Shown one piece after another: positions 17,924 to 26,839 of a stretch of DNA of 64,000 bases (positions are counted from its first letter, which is position 1; each line of letters begins with the position of its first letter). The translations under genes and the position numbers were made by a program. The notes under the pieces were generated by a model that searched no databases, had not been told where the DNA came from, and was given only the letters and a program-made list of their open reading frames with translations. Origin of the DNA: an uncultured Planctomycetota bacterium (GTDB taxonomy: Bacteria; Planctomycetota; PLA2; JAEUHO01); assembly GCA_963752285.1 (NCBI GenBank), contig CAVVXN010000002.1:352001-416000 (forward strand), given 5' to 3'.

Positions 17924-18687
17924 GTGGTGCGCTCCCTCGACCGGGCGGCGGCGCGCTCCTCGGGGGTCGCCGCGTACTTCCCGCGCCAGTCGCGCCACGC
18001 GATGCAGAGGAGCTCCAGGAGGCTCTTCGGGACCGCGAGCAGCACGCGGACGCGCGAGTCGGGGTCGTGCCGCCACGCGACCGGCAGCTCGCGTCGTACG
18101 AGCCCCAGCCGGCGGGCGATCAAGGCGATCTCGGCGTCGAAGGCCCAGCCGTCCACCCGCGAGCGCCCGAACACGGCCGCCGCCGCGGGGCGGCGGAACC
18201 CCTTGAAGCCGCACGTGATGTCCGTCGCCGAACGGTCGCAGAGGAGGCGCGACAGCGCGAGGAACCCCCGACCGAGCCAGCGCCTCGCCCGGTTCTGCGC
18301 CACGACGATCGCGGCGCCGTCCCGGTTGCGCGATCCCGCCACCACGTCCGCCCCGTCGAGGAGGTGGGGCACCGCGCGGTCGATCGCGTCGAGCGGCGTC
18401 GAGAGGTCGGCGTCGAGGAAGAAGACCAGGTCGCCCCGCGCGGCCTTGACCCCCTCGCGGACCGCGCCGCCCTTCCCCCGGTTCTCGGGGAGCTCCACGA
18501 GCCGGATCCGGCTCGTCCGCCGCGCGGCCTCGCGGACCACCTCGGCCGTGCCGTCCCGGCTCCCGTCCTCGACGCAGATCACCTCGTAGTCCACGCCGAG
18601 CCGGTCGAGGTGGGGCACGATCTCGTCGAGCGCGGGGCCGATGCGGCGGGCCTCGTTGTAGGTGGGGATGATGACGCTGAGGTCCAT
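17920..18687 (-). CDS. Glycosyltransferase family 2 (dolichyl/undecaprenyl-phosphate glycosyltransferase-like)
   Basis: LSVIIPTYNE, EDGSRD, NRGKGGAVREG, DADLSTP, DITCGFKGF and WAFDAE motifs. Confidence 0.92.
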   Translation of the reverse strand: MDLSVIIPTYNEARRIGPALDEIVPHLDRLGVDYEVICVEDGSRDGTAEVVREAARRTSRIRLVELPENRGKGGAVREGVKAARGDLVFFLDADLSTPLDAIDRAVPHLLDGADVVAGSRNRDGAAIVVAQNRARRWLGRGFLALSRLLCDRSATDITCGFKGFRRPAAAAVFGRSRVDGWAFDAEIALIARRLGLVRRELPVAWRHDPDSRVRVLLAVPKSLLELLCIAWRDWRGKYAATPEERAAARSRERTT

Positions 18688-18823
18688 GGTCGGCCGGGAT
18701 CTTACCGCTCGCGCCCCTCGGGATCGCGCCTCGCGTCGCGCCCGCCGGGGGACCACGCCCCTCGGCCCGTGGTTCCCTGGGGACCGGCGACGGCGCCCAC
18801 GCGCGATCGGCGGGAGGATCTCG

Positions 18824-19405
18824 ATGGCGAACGTGCTCCGAGGCCGGGACGGGGTCCTCGCCGGGCACGCCGGGCTCGCCGGCCTGGCGCTCCTCCTCGT
18901 CCTGGCCACCACCGGATGCGGCGACCACGACGAGACGGCGGCGACCCCGCGTCGGGGCGCCCCGGAGGCGTCCCCGGAGCCGGCCCTGCCGCCTCCGGCC
19001 GCGATCGCCCCCTGCGAGCTCCTGACGCTCGCCGACGCCCGGGCCGTGCTCCCGGGCGCGAAGGAGGGGATCGTCTCCCACGACGGGAAGTCGCTCCAGA
19101 AGGGGATCCGCCTCTACCAGTGCACGTACGCGAACGACCGCGGCGCGGTCCTGGTGGTCGGGGTGCGCGTGGCCGAGGACCGGGAGAGCATCGCGTGGAC
19201 CGGCGCGAGCGAGATCTCCCACGGGGGCGAGAAGCGCGTGGACGTCGGGGAGAAGGGGTGGCTTCGCGTCGACGAGAACCGGGCGGTCGTGACGGCCGTC
19301 CACGGCTGGTGCGTGGCCGAGGTCGCGCTCACCGGGGCGGGCGCCGGGGCGCGTGGCGACGCGCTCGTGGACCTGGCGAAGCGGGTGGTGGACCACCTGC
19401 CCTGA
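18824..19405 (+). CDS. Hypothetical lipoprotein
   Basis: GGAGG RBS; lipobox-like LVLATTG-C, Pro-rich linker, then PCELLT..D and C.Y motifs reminiscent of DUF3558-type lipoproteins. Confidence 0.7.
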   Translation: MANVLRGRDGVLAGHAGLAGLALLLVLATTGCGDHDETAATPRRGAPEASPEPALPPPAAIAPCELLTLADARAVLPGAKEGIVSHDGKSLQKGIRLYQCTYANDRGAVLVVGVRVAEDRESIAWTGASEISHGGEKRVDVGEKGWLRVDENRAVVTAVHGWCVAEVALTGAGAGARGDALVDLAKRVVDHLP

Positions 19406-19422
19406 GGCCCCACCCGGCGCGC

Positions 19423-20583
19423 TCACGCCCCGTTTGGCCCGGTCCTGCGAATGCGCGCGATCGCCTCGACGACGACCCGACGGGCCTCGTCCACCTCCGC
19501 CTCGGTCGTGAAGCGCCCGAGGCCGAACCGAACGCTCTGGTCGGCCGTCCGCTTCGGGAGGCCCATCGCCGCGAGCACGTAGGAGGGCTCGAGCCCCGCG
19601 GACGCGCACGCCGAGCCCGTCGCCATGGCGACCGAGGGCACCGCGAGGACGAGCGCCTCGCCCTCGACGCCCTCGACCGAGAGCGCCGACACGTTCGGCA
19701 GGCGGTGGCGGACGTCGCCGAGCACCGCGACGCCGGGCGCCGCGTTCGCGATGCCGTCTTCGAGCCGGTCGCGGAGCGTCGACACGCGCCGCGCGTCGTC
19801 GGCTCGTCGCTCGCGGCAGATCTCGGCGGCGCGCCCCATGCCGACCGCGCCGGGGAGGTTGGGGGCGCCGGCCCGCAGGCCGCCCTCCTGGCCCCCGCCG
19901 TACAGCAACGGCGCGAGGCGGACCCGCGGTCTCCGGCGGACGTAGAGGGCGCCGACGCCCATCGGACCGTGCATGCGGTGGGCGCTCAGCGAGAGGAGGT
20001 GGACGCCCATGCGACGCACGTCGAGCTCCACCCACGCCGCGGCCTGCGTCGCGTCGGCGTGGAACGTCACGCCCCGCGCGGCGGCGAGGTGGCCCACCGC
20101 CTCGACGTCCTGGAGCGTCCCGACCTCGGCGTTCGCGACCTGGACCGACACCAGCGCCACCTCGCCGTCGAGCGCCCGTTCGAGCGCCGCGAGGTCCACG
20201 CGCCCGACCGAGTCCACGCCGACGAAGGTCACCGGTACGCCCTGCTTCTCGAGCGCGCGGGCGGCGTCGTGGACCGCGCGGTTCTCGACCGCGCTCACGA
20301 CGACCCGTTCCCCGGCGCCGCGCGCGCGGACGCGGCCGAGGACGGCGAGGTTGTCGGCCTCCGTGCCGCCCGACGTGAATACGATCTCGCGCGGCTCGGC
20401 GTGCACGAGGTCGGCGACCTCGGCGCGCGCGAGCTCGAGCGCCTTCTCGGCGTCCCAGCCGAACACGTGGTGCGGGCTCGCGGGGTTCCCGAACCGGCCG
20501 CCCAGCCACGGGTCCATGGCCCGGGCGACGTCGGGATCGAGGGGCGTCGTGGCCGTGTGGTCGAGGTAGATCCGGGTCGTCAC
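19423..20583 (-). CDS. IscS/NifS-family cysteine desulfurase homolog with the PLP-binding Lys replaced by Arg
   Basis: IYLDHTATTP, FGNPAS, FTSGGTEADN, DATQA, GGGQE, GSACAS and RFGLGRFTT identify the family; the SxHK motif reads SAHR (codon CGC, 19975-19977). Confidence 0.9.
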   Translation of the reverse strand: MTTRIYLDHTATTPLDPDVARAMDPWLGGRFGNPASPHHVFGWDAEKALELARAEVADLVHAEPREIVFTSGGTEADNLAVLGRVRARGAGERVVVSAVENRAVHDAARALEKQGVPVTFVGVDSVGRVDLAALERALDGEVALVSVQVANAEVGTLQDVEAVGHLAAARGVTFHADATQAAAWVELDVRRMGVHLLSLSAHRMHGPMGVGALYVRRRPRVRLAPLLYGGGQEGGLRAGAPNLPGAVGMGRAAEICRERRADDARRVSTLRDRLEDGIANAAPGVAVLGDVRHRLPNVSALSVEGVEGEALVLAVPSVAMATGSACASAGLEPSYVLAAMGLPKRTADQSVRFGLGRFTTEAEVDEARRVVVEAIARIRRTGPNGA

Positions 20584-20724
20584 GCCCTGAGACTATCGCC
20601 GGCGGGCCGCGGTCCCCTCGGCGTCGCCGGGCGCGCGCGGTCCCTTCCGGCGGCCGGTATCATCCCCGGTGTACGCGCCCGGGCGCCCGATCCCAGGCGG
20701 AGCGCGCCCCAGAGGAGTCCGACC

Positions 20725-21057
20725 TTGTCCGTGATCGTCCTCACCACGAAGGCGGCCCAGAAGGTCCGCGAGCTGATGAAGCAGCCCGAGCAGCGGGATG
20801 CGAAGGGCCTCCGCGTCCGCGTCGTGGGCGGGGGGTGCTCCGGGCTCTCCTACCAGCTGGCCCTCGAGCGCGACGCCGAGCCGACCGACCGCGTCTTCGA
20901 GTCCGAGGGGATCTCGATCTTCGTGGACCCGAAGAGCGACCTCTTCGTGCACGGCACCGAGATCGACTATCAGGAGTCCCTGATGGGCTCGGGGTTCCAG
21001 TTCAAGAACCCCAATGCCACGGGGTCTTGCGGCTGCGGCTCCTCGTTCTCGGCGTGA
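20725..21057 (+). CDS. A-type Fe-S carrier (IscA/HesB/ErpA family)
   Basis: GGGCSG and CGCGSSF motifs; AGAGGAG RBS before TTG 20725. Confidence 0.95.
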   Translation: MSVIVLTTKAAQKVRELMKQPEQRDAKGLRVRVVGGGCSGLSYQLALERDAEPTDRVFESEGISIFVDPKSDLFVHGTEIDYQESLMGSGFQFKNPNATGSCGCGSSFSA

Positions 21058-21067
21058 GGGACGCGCC

Positions 21068-21709
21068 ATGGGCGCGCTCCAGCACTTCCTCGAGCGGGCC
21101 GCCGCCGACCACATCGAAGCGTTCGATGCGTGGTTCCCGGCCGGCTTCGACTGGGCGCGGCTCTGCGGCGACGTGCCCCGCCTCGCGCGCGAGGGCGGCG
21201 TTGCGACGGAGGGGCTCCCCGACGAGGACCTCGTGAAGATGGCCCGGGCCGTCTTCCGGGGCGCGCACCTGTTCACGCTCGCCGTGCTCGCGGCGGGAAG
21301 CGAGGGCCGGGGCGATCCCCAGGACCTCCTCTCCCGTCTCACCTCGCCGCCCGACGAGGAGGTCGAGGAGCACTTCCTCGCCCTCGCGGAGGAGCTTCTC
21401 CCGAGCGTCGAAGCGCGGATCCCGATCGAGACGTCCGGCGCGGAGCAAAGCGCTCCGCCCAAGGACGACGACGAGGGCGTCGACGAGGCCGAGGCGGCGA
21501 TCCGCCGCGCGGTGGCCCTCGTCCGCGCGACGGCGCCCGCCGTCGAGCACGTCCTCGCGAACGACGAGAGCCGCGTGTTCGCGCGCGCGGGAGAGACCGC
21601 GGGCGTGCTCTGGGCCCTCGCGCGGGTCGCGGCGGCGCTCGCGGCGCTGCGGTGGATGGCGTCGGAGCGCCTCGAGGAAGACTGGCCGCGTCTCGACCTC
21701 GCGGGCTGA
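21068..21709 (+). CDS. Hypothetical acidic, helical protein
   Basis: Fills the gap between iscA (10 nt) and trxB; protein-like composition and GC3-rich codons; no family recognised. Confidence 0.65.
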   Translation: MGALQHFLERAAADHIEAFDAWFPAGFDWARLCGDVPRLAREGGVATEGLPDEDLVKMARAVFRGAHLFTLAVLAAGSEGRGDPQDLLSRLTSPPDEEVEEHFLALAEELLPSVEARIPIETSGAEQSAPPKDDDEGVDEAEAAIRRAVALVRATAPAVEHVLANDESRVFARAGETAGVLWALARVAAALAALRWMASERLEEDWPRLDLAG

Positions 21710-21746
21710 CGGAGGTGGGGTAGCATCCCCGCCGCGGAGGGCATCC

Positions 21747-22718
21747 ATGACGAGCGACCGGGTCGAGAAAGTCACGATCATCGGAAGCGGTCCGGCGGGC
21801 TGGACCGCGGCGATCTACGCGGCGCGCGCCGCCCTGGACCCCCTCGTGTACGAGGGCGCGCCCTCGCAGCAGATGATCCCCGGCGGGCAGCTGATGTTCA
21901 CGACGGAGGTCGAGAACTACCCCGGCTTCCCCCACGGCGTGGACGGCAAGGAGATGATGGGGCTGTTCCGCGAGCAGGCCGCGCGTTTCGGTACCCGCAT
22001 CGTGACGGACGACATCGCGCACTGCGACCTCTCGGAGCGGCCGTTCCGTCTGCGGAGCCTCGAGGGCCAGGAGATCCTCACCCACACCGTGATCATCGCG
22101 ACGGGCGCGAAGGCGAAGTGGCTGAACCTCGAGAACGAGCAGCGACTCGCCCAGACGGGCGGAGGCGTCTCCGCGTGCGCGGTGTGCGACGGCGCGCTGC
22201 CGGTGTTCCGCGACCAGCACCTGGTGGTGGTCGGCGGTGGCGACACCGCCATGGAGGAGGCGCACTATCTCACGAAGTTCGCGGGCAAGGTCACGGTCGT
22301 CCACCGTCGGGACGCGTTCCGCGCGAGCCAGATCATGCAGGACCGCCTCCTCGCGAGCCCGAAGGTCGAGGTGGCCTGGAACAGCGAGGTGACCGAGGTG
22401 TTCGGCGAGGACCGGATCTCCGGGGTCGAGCTCACCGACACGAAGACGAGCGCGAAGCGACAGGTGGACTGCCGCGGCCTGTTCATCGCGATCGGCCACG
22501 AGCCGAACACGCGGTTCCTCGAGGGCCAGATCACGACCGACGAGCAGGGCTACATCGTTCTGCCCGACCCCGCGCGCACCACCACGAACGTGAACGGCGT
22601 CTTCGCCGTGGGCGACGTGACGGACAAGGTGTACAAGCAGGCGATCACCGCCGCTGGCATGGGCTGCCGCGGCGCGCTCGACGCCGAACGCTGGCTCGCG
22701 GCGGCCGGGGTGCACTGA
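21747..22718 (+). CDS. trxB: Thioredoxin-disulfide reductase
   Basis: IIGSGPAG, GGQL..TTEVENYPGF, GVSACAVCDG, GGGDTAMEEA, HRR and QAITAAGMG motifs. Confidence 0.97.
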   Translation: MTSDRVEKVTIIGSGPAGWTAAIYAARAALDPLVYEGAPSQQMIPGGQLMFTTEVENYPGFPHGVDGKEMMGLFREQAARFGTRIVTDDIAHCDLSERPFRLRSLEGQEILTHTVIIATGAKAKWLNLENEQRLAQTGGGVSACAVCDGALPVFRDQHLVVVGGGDTAMEEAHYLTKFAGKVTVVHRRDAFRASQIMQDRLLASPKVEVAWNSEVTEVFGEDRISGVELTDTKTSAKRQVDCRGLFIAIGHEPNTRFLEGQITTDEQGYIVLPDPARTTTNVNGVFAVGDVTDKVYKQAITAAGMGCRGALDAERWLAAAGVH

Positions 22719-22755
22719 CCCGGGGGCCGCCCCGCGCGCGGGCGGGTCGGGGGGC

Positions 22756-23970
22756 TCAGGAGGCGGGCGCGACCAGGAACACCTTTCCCTGGTCGAGCGA
22801 GACGACGTAGAGCTCGCCCTGGTTGTCCTCGCCCATCGAGCAGGCGCCGGCGACCTTCGCGAGCGTCCGCCAGTCCTTCGCCTGTCCGCTCGCCACGTCG
22901 ATCACGTACACGGAGCCGCGTGCGTAGTCGCCGAACAGGTACTTGCCCTGGAGCGCCGGGACGCGGCTGCCCCGGTACACGTAGCCGCCCCAGCCCGCCG
23001 TGACGTCCGGGTCCGGGCCCCGGACCCAGTCGAAGAACGACTTCGCGAACGAGGCGGCCGACACGTTCTGCGGCATGGGCTCGAGCGGACGGCTCCCCTC
23101 CATGTAGGGCCAGCCGTGGTTCTTGCCCCGCTCCACCTTCACGACCCACTCGTGGCAGCCCTCGCCCTTCGAACCCGGCTCCGTGGTCCAGAGGGTGCCC
23201 TGCGCGTCGAACGAGAAGCGCCACGGGTTGCGGAACCCGTAGGCCCAGATCTCGCGTCGTACGCCGTTCGCGGTGGCCCAGGGGTTGTCCGAGGGGATCC
23301 CGTAGGCGAGCCCCGGCTGGGGGTGGTCCACGTCGATCCGCAAGAACTTGCCCAAGAGGGAGGTCGGGTTCTGGGAGGTCAGCGTCGCCGCCTCCTTCTG
23401 GTTCCCGTTGTCGCCCGTGCTGATGTAGAGCATGCCGTGGGGGCCGAAGGCGAGGCAGCCGGCGTTGTGCACGGCGGTCGTCTTGGGGATGACGAGCAGG
23501 TCCTTCTCGGAGGCCGGGTCGGCGGCGCCGCCCGTCGCGTGGAACTCGGCCACGACGATCTCGAAGCCGCCCGAGGCGGCTTGGCGGACGTAGTCGACGA
23601 AGAACCGTCCGTTCTGGGCGGCGGCCGGATGGAAGGCCATCCCCAGGAGGCCGCCCTGCATGCGGGGGAAGACCTTGGCGGTGATGTCGAGGAAGACGGC
23701 CGGCTGCGGGGCCGGCGTCTGGCCCCTCGGCTTCGCGATCCGCTTCACGCGCCCGACCTGCTCCAAGACGTAGAGGTCGTCCGATCCCTGGGGACCGGGC
23801 ACGAGGCCGAGGGGCGTCTCGAAGGTGAGGCCCGGGTACGCCTCGATGACGCGCGCCCCGGCCACGGCGGGGGGGTCGCCCTCGGCCGAGGCGGGACGCG
23901 GCGTGGCGGCGATGAGACCCGCGATCGCGAGGAGGGATCCGAGCCACAGCGACGGTCTGGCGTGCTTCAT
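22756..23970 (-). CDS. Exported glucose/sorbosone (PQQ-dependent sugar) dehydrogenase family beta-propeller
   Basis: Signal peptide; GLLGMAFHP, HNAG.LAFGP.G.LYISTGD, GKFLRIDVD, EIWAYGFRNPWR and YLFGDY motifs. Confidence 0.9.
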   Translation of the reverse strand: MKHARPSLWLGSLLAIAGLIAATPRPASAEGDPPAVAGARVIEAYPGLTFETPLGLVPGPQGSDDLYVLEQVGRVKRIAKPRGQTPAPQPAVFLDITAKVFPRMQGGLLGMAFHPAAAQNGRFFVDYVRQAASGGFEIVVAEFHATGGAADPASEKDLLVIPKTTAVHNAGCLAFGPHGMLYISTGDNGNQKEAATLTSQNPTSLLGKFLRIDVDHPQPGLAYGIPSDNPWATANGVRREIWAYGFRNPWRFSFDAQGTLWTTEPGSKGEGCHEWVVKVERGKNHGWPYMEGSRPLEPMPQNVSAASFAKSFFDWVRGPDPDVTAGWGGYVYRGSRVPALQGKYLFGDYARGSVYVIDVASGQAKDWRTLAKVAGACSMGEDNQGELYVVSLDQGKVFLVAPAS

Positions 23971-24080
23971 GGTGTCCTCCGAGCGCGGCATCCTACTCCT
24001 CGCGGGGGGAGACGCGACCGAGGTCCCGGCAAACCGTCCGGAGGGAGCGCAGGCGCGGTATCGTCCGAGGTCCGGGCCCG

Positions 24081-24515
24081 ATGAACTTCGACTTTGCCAG
24101 CGTTCTGGTCTTCTCGGTCGCCGCGGGCCTCTTCGTGGTCGTGAACCTGCTCGTGGGGCGGCTCCTCCTCCGGCCCCGGAGCACCGACATCGGGTCCAAG
24201 CGCAGCATCTACGAGTGCGGCGAGCCGACCGTGGGGCGGGCGTGGATCCGCTTCGACATCCGCTTCTACACGATCGCGCTCATGTTCGTGGTGTTCGACG
24301 TCGAGGTCGCGCTCCTGTTCCCGTGGGGCGCCGTGTACCGCGACCTCGTCCAGTCGGGGGCCGGCCTCCTCGCGTTCGTGGAGGCGCTGACCTTCATCGT
24401 GATCTTGTCCGCGGGCCTCGCGTACGTGTGGGCGCGCGGCGACATCGAGTGGACCCCCCAGCCGACCGCCCGGCCCGGCGCGGCGCCCGGGCGGGAAGGA
24501 GACGTCGATGCCTGA
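24081..24515 (+). CDS. nuoA: NADH-quinone oxidoreductase subunit A
   Basis: [19 protein letters not shown] and LFPW motifs. Confidence 0.96.
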   Translation: MNFDFASVLVFSVAAGLFVVVNLLVGRLLLRPRSTDIGSKRSIYECGEPTVGRAWIRFDIRFYTIALMFVVFDVEVALLFPWGAVYRDLVQSGAGLLAFVEALTFIVILSAGLAYVWARGDIEWTPQPTARPGAAPGREGDVDA

Positions 24516-25125
24516 GCCGGTCGACCCCGCGCTCGACGCGGAGCTCCGGTCGCAGGTCGTGCTGACGCGCCTCGACCAGCTGAAGGACTGGGGGCGGCGG
24601 AACGCGCTCTGGCCCATGTCCTTCGGGCTCGCGTGCTGCGCCATGGAGATGATGGCCACCGCCGCCACGAAGTACGACCTCGACCGCTTCGGCGCCGGCG
24701 TGTTCCGCGCGTCGCCGCGGCAGAGCGACCTGATGATCGTGGCCGGCACCGTCACCCACAAGATGGCGGCGCGCGTGAAGCGGCTCTACGACCAGATGCC
24801 CGACCCCAAGTACGTGATCGCCATGGGCGCGTGCACGGTGGGGGGCGGGCCCTACGTGAAGTACGGCTACCACGTCGTGCAGGGCGTAGACCTGATCGTG
24901 CCCGTGGACGTGTACCTGCCTGGCTGCCCGCCCCGTCCGGAGGCGCTGATCGACGCGATCCGCAAGCTGCAACGCCGCATTCAGGAACGCGGCGGGTCCT
25001 CGCTCCCCGTGGAGCGTGTCGAGGAGGCCCGGACGCGCGCGCGCGACCTCGCCGCCACCGGGCGCCGGCCGGGTGAGGCGCCGATCGACGTTTCCGGCGC
25101 GGCGCCCGACGAGGGGGCGGCGTGA
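24508..25125 (+). CDS. nuoB: NADH-quinone oxidoreductase subunit B
   Basis: [21 protein letters not shown] and [10 protein letters not shown] motifs. Confidence 0.97.
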   Translation: MPEPVDPALDAELRSQVVLTRLDQLKDWGRRNALWPMSFGLACCAMEMMATAATKYDLDRFGAGVFRASPRQSDLMIVAGTVTHKMAARVKRLYDQMPDPKYVIAMGACTVGGGPYVKYGYHVVQGVDLIVPVDVYLPGCPPRPEALIDAIRKLQRRIQERGGSSLPVERVEEARTRARDLAATGRRPGEAPIDVSGAAPDEGAA

Positions 25126-25694
25126 TCGCGGACGACGACCGCCGCGCCGCCGCGGGCGACGACCCCGTGGCGGTGGACGCCCGCGACCGGATCGCGGCGG
25201 CGTTCCCCGACGCCCTGGAGGAGACGGTCCTCGGCGGCCGCCACCCGTTCCTTCGCGTGAAGGCCGACCGGCTCTTTGACGTGTGCCGGTTCCTTCGCGA
25301 CGAGGCGGGCTACGAAGGCTGTCACCTCGTCACGGGCGTGGACCAGGGCCCCGAGGAGGGGACGATCGACGTCGTCTACCACCTCGTTTCCTGGTCGCGG
25401 CGTCCCGACGACGCGTACCGCCGTCGTCCCGAGAAGAACGACCCCTGGCTCGCGCTCGTGGTCCGTGTGCCGCGGGACCGCCCCGAGGTGCCCTCGGTTG
25501 CGTCCGTCTGGACGGGCGCGGACTGGCACGAGCGCGAGACGTACGACCTGGTCGGGGTGGTGTTCACGGGGCGCGACGACCTGCGGCGCATCCTCCTCCC
25601 CGAGGACTGGCCGGGCCACCCGCTCCGCAAGGACTGGACGTTCCCGCCCTCCTACCACGGCGCGCCGATCATCCCGCCCGAGGCCCAGCCATGA
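25122..25694 (+). CDS. nuoC: NADH-quinone oxidoreductase subunit C
   Basis: [11 protein letters not shown] and [18 protein letters not shown] motifs. Confidence 0.95.
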   Translation: MIADDDRRAAAGDDPVAVDARDRIAAAFPDALEETVLGGRHPFLRVKADRLFDVCRFLRDEAGYEGCHLVTGVDQGPEEGTIDVVYHLVSWSRRPDDAYRRRPEKNDPWLALVVRVPRDRPEVPSVASVWTGADWHERETYDLVGVVFTGRDDLRRILLPEDWPGHPLRKDWTFPPSYHGAPIIPPEAQP

Positions 25695-26839
25695 CCCCGG
25701 ACGAGCGCCTCGACACCCGTCCCGACGTGCGCACGGAAGACCTCGTCTTCAACATGGGGCCCCAGCACCCCGCGACGCACGGCGTGCTCCGGGTGGTCGT
25801 GAAGTCGGACGGCGAGGTGGTGCGCGGGCTCGAGCCGCACGTAGGGAACCTCCACCGCTGCTCCGAGAAGATCGGCGAGTCGGTCGCGTACGACCAGTGG
25901 CTGCCCTACGTGGACCGCTGGGACTACCTCGCCGCGATCAACAACGAGCACGTGACCTCGATGGCGATCGAGCGGCTCGCGGGCATCGAGGTGCCGGAGC
26001 GCGCGGAGTACGTGCGGGTCATCGTCGCCGAGGTGCAGCGCATCCTGAGCCACCTGATGGCGATCGGGACGTACGGGCTCGACCTCGGTGCCTTCACCCC
26101 CTTCCTCCACCAGTTCCGCGAACGCGAGCGCGGGCTCGACCTGCTCGACCACATCTCGGGCGGGCGGCTCCTCTACCACTTCGTCCGCATCGGAGGCGTG
26201 AAACGCGACCTGTCGCCCGAGTGGCTGGACGAGCTCGACGTGTGGCTGAACGCCGTGGAGCGACGGCTGCCCGAGTACAACACCTTGCTCCTCGAGAACC
26301 ACATCTTCCAGGAACGCACGTGCGGGATCGGGATCGTGGACCGCGCGACCGCGATCCGGTGGGGCGTGACGGGACCGGCGCTCCGCGCCGCCGGCGTCGA
26401 CTGGGACACGCGTCGCGACGCGCCGTACTCGATCTACGACCGGTTCGAGCTCGACGTCCCCGTCGGCCCGAGCCCGATCGCGGGCGTCGCGGGCGACTGC
26501 TTCGCCCGGCACTGGCTGCGCGTCCGCGAGGTCGAGACGTCCCTCTCCATCGTCCGCCAGGCGCTGCGGCAGATGCCCGAGGGCCCCGTGATGGGCCGTG
26601 TCCCGCGCGCGCTGAAGCCTCCCGAGGGCCAGGTGTACGTGCGCGGCGAGAACCCGCGGGGGGAGCTCGCCGTCTACCTCGTCTCCCGAGGCAAGGACCG
26701 CGCGTGGCGCGCCCGGTGCCGCGGTCCGTCGTTCAGCAACATCGCCGTGATCACGGAGGTCGCGGAGGGTGAGCTCCTGGCCGACCTCGTGGCCCTCATC
26801 GGCAGCATGGACATCGTGCTCGGGGAGGTCGATCGCTGA
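25691..26839 (+). CDS. nuoD: NADH-quinone oxidoreductase subunit D
   Basis: NMGPQHPATHGVLR, DRWDY, ENPRGE and DIVLGEVDR motifs; no NiFe-binding CxxC motifs. Confidence 0.96.
   Translation: MTPDERLDTRPDVRTEDLVFNMGPQHPATHGVLRVVVKSDGEVVRGLEPHVGNLHRCSEKIGESVAYDQWLPYVDRWDYLAAINNEHVTSMAIERLAGIEVPERAEYVRVIVAEVQRILSHLMAIGTYGLDLGAFTPFLHQFRERERGLDLLDHISGGRLLYHFVRIGGVKRDLSPEWLDELDVWLNAVERRLPEYNTLLLENHIFQERTCGIGIVDRATAIRWGVTGPALRAAGVDWDTRRDAPYSIYDRFELDVPVGPSPIAGVAGDCFARHWLRVREVETSLSIVRQALRQMPEGPVMGRVPRALKPPEGQVYVRGENPRGELAVYLVSRGKDRAWRARCRGPSFSNIAVITEVAEGELLADLVALIGSMDIVLGEVDR

Noticed and set aside
16172..20509. Very long ORFs in the track (e.g. 1445 aa at 16172-20509, 1310 aa at 46119-50051, 1229 aa at 50780-54469)
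   Set aside because: Arg/Pro/Gly-rich shadow frames caused by stop-codon scarcity at high GC; only their recognisable parts (carbamoyltransferase, purA) are real genes.
20725..22718. Additional Sec candidates in iscA/HesB and trxB
   Set aside because: All catalytic positions are ordinary Cys codons, and the TGA stops fall at the normal family C-termini.
24508..26839. Possible group 4 [NiFe]-hydrogenase instead of complex I
   Set aside because: The large subunit lacks both Ni-binding CxxC motifs and ends in DIVLGEVDR; the small subunit has the tandem CC of NuoB.
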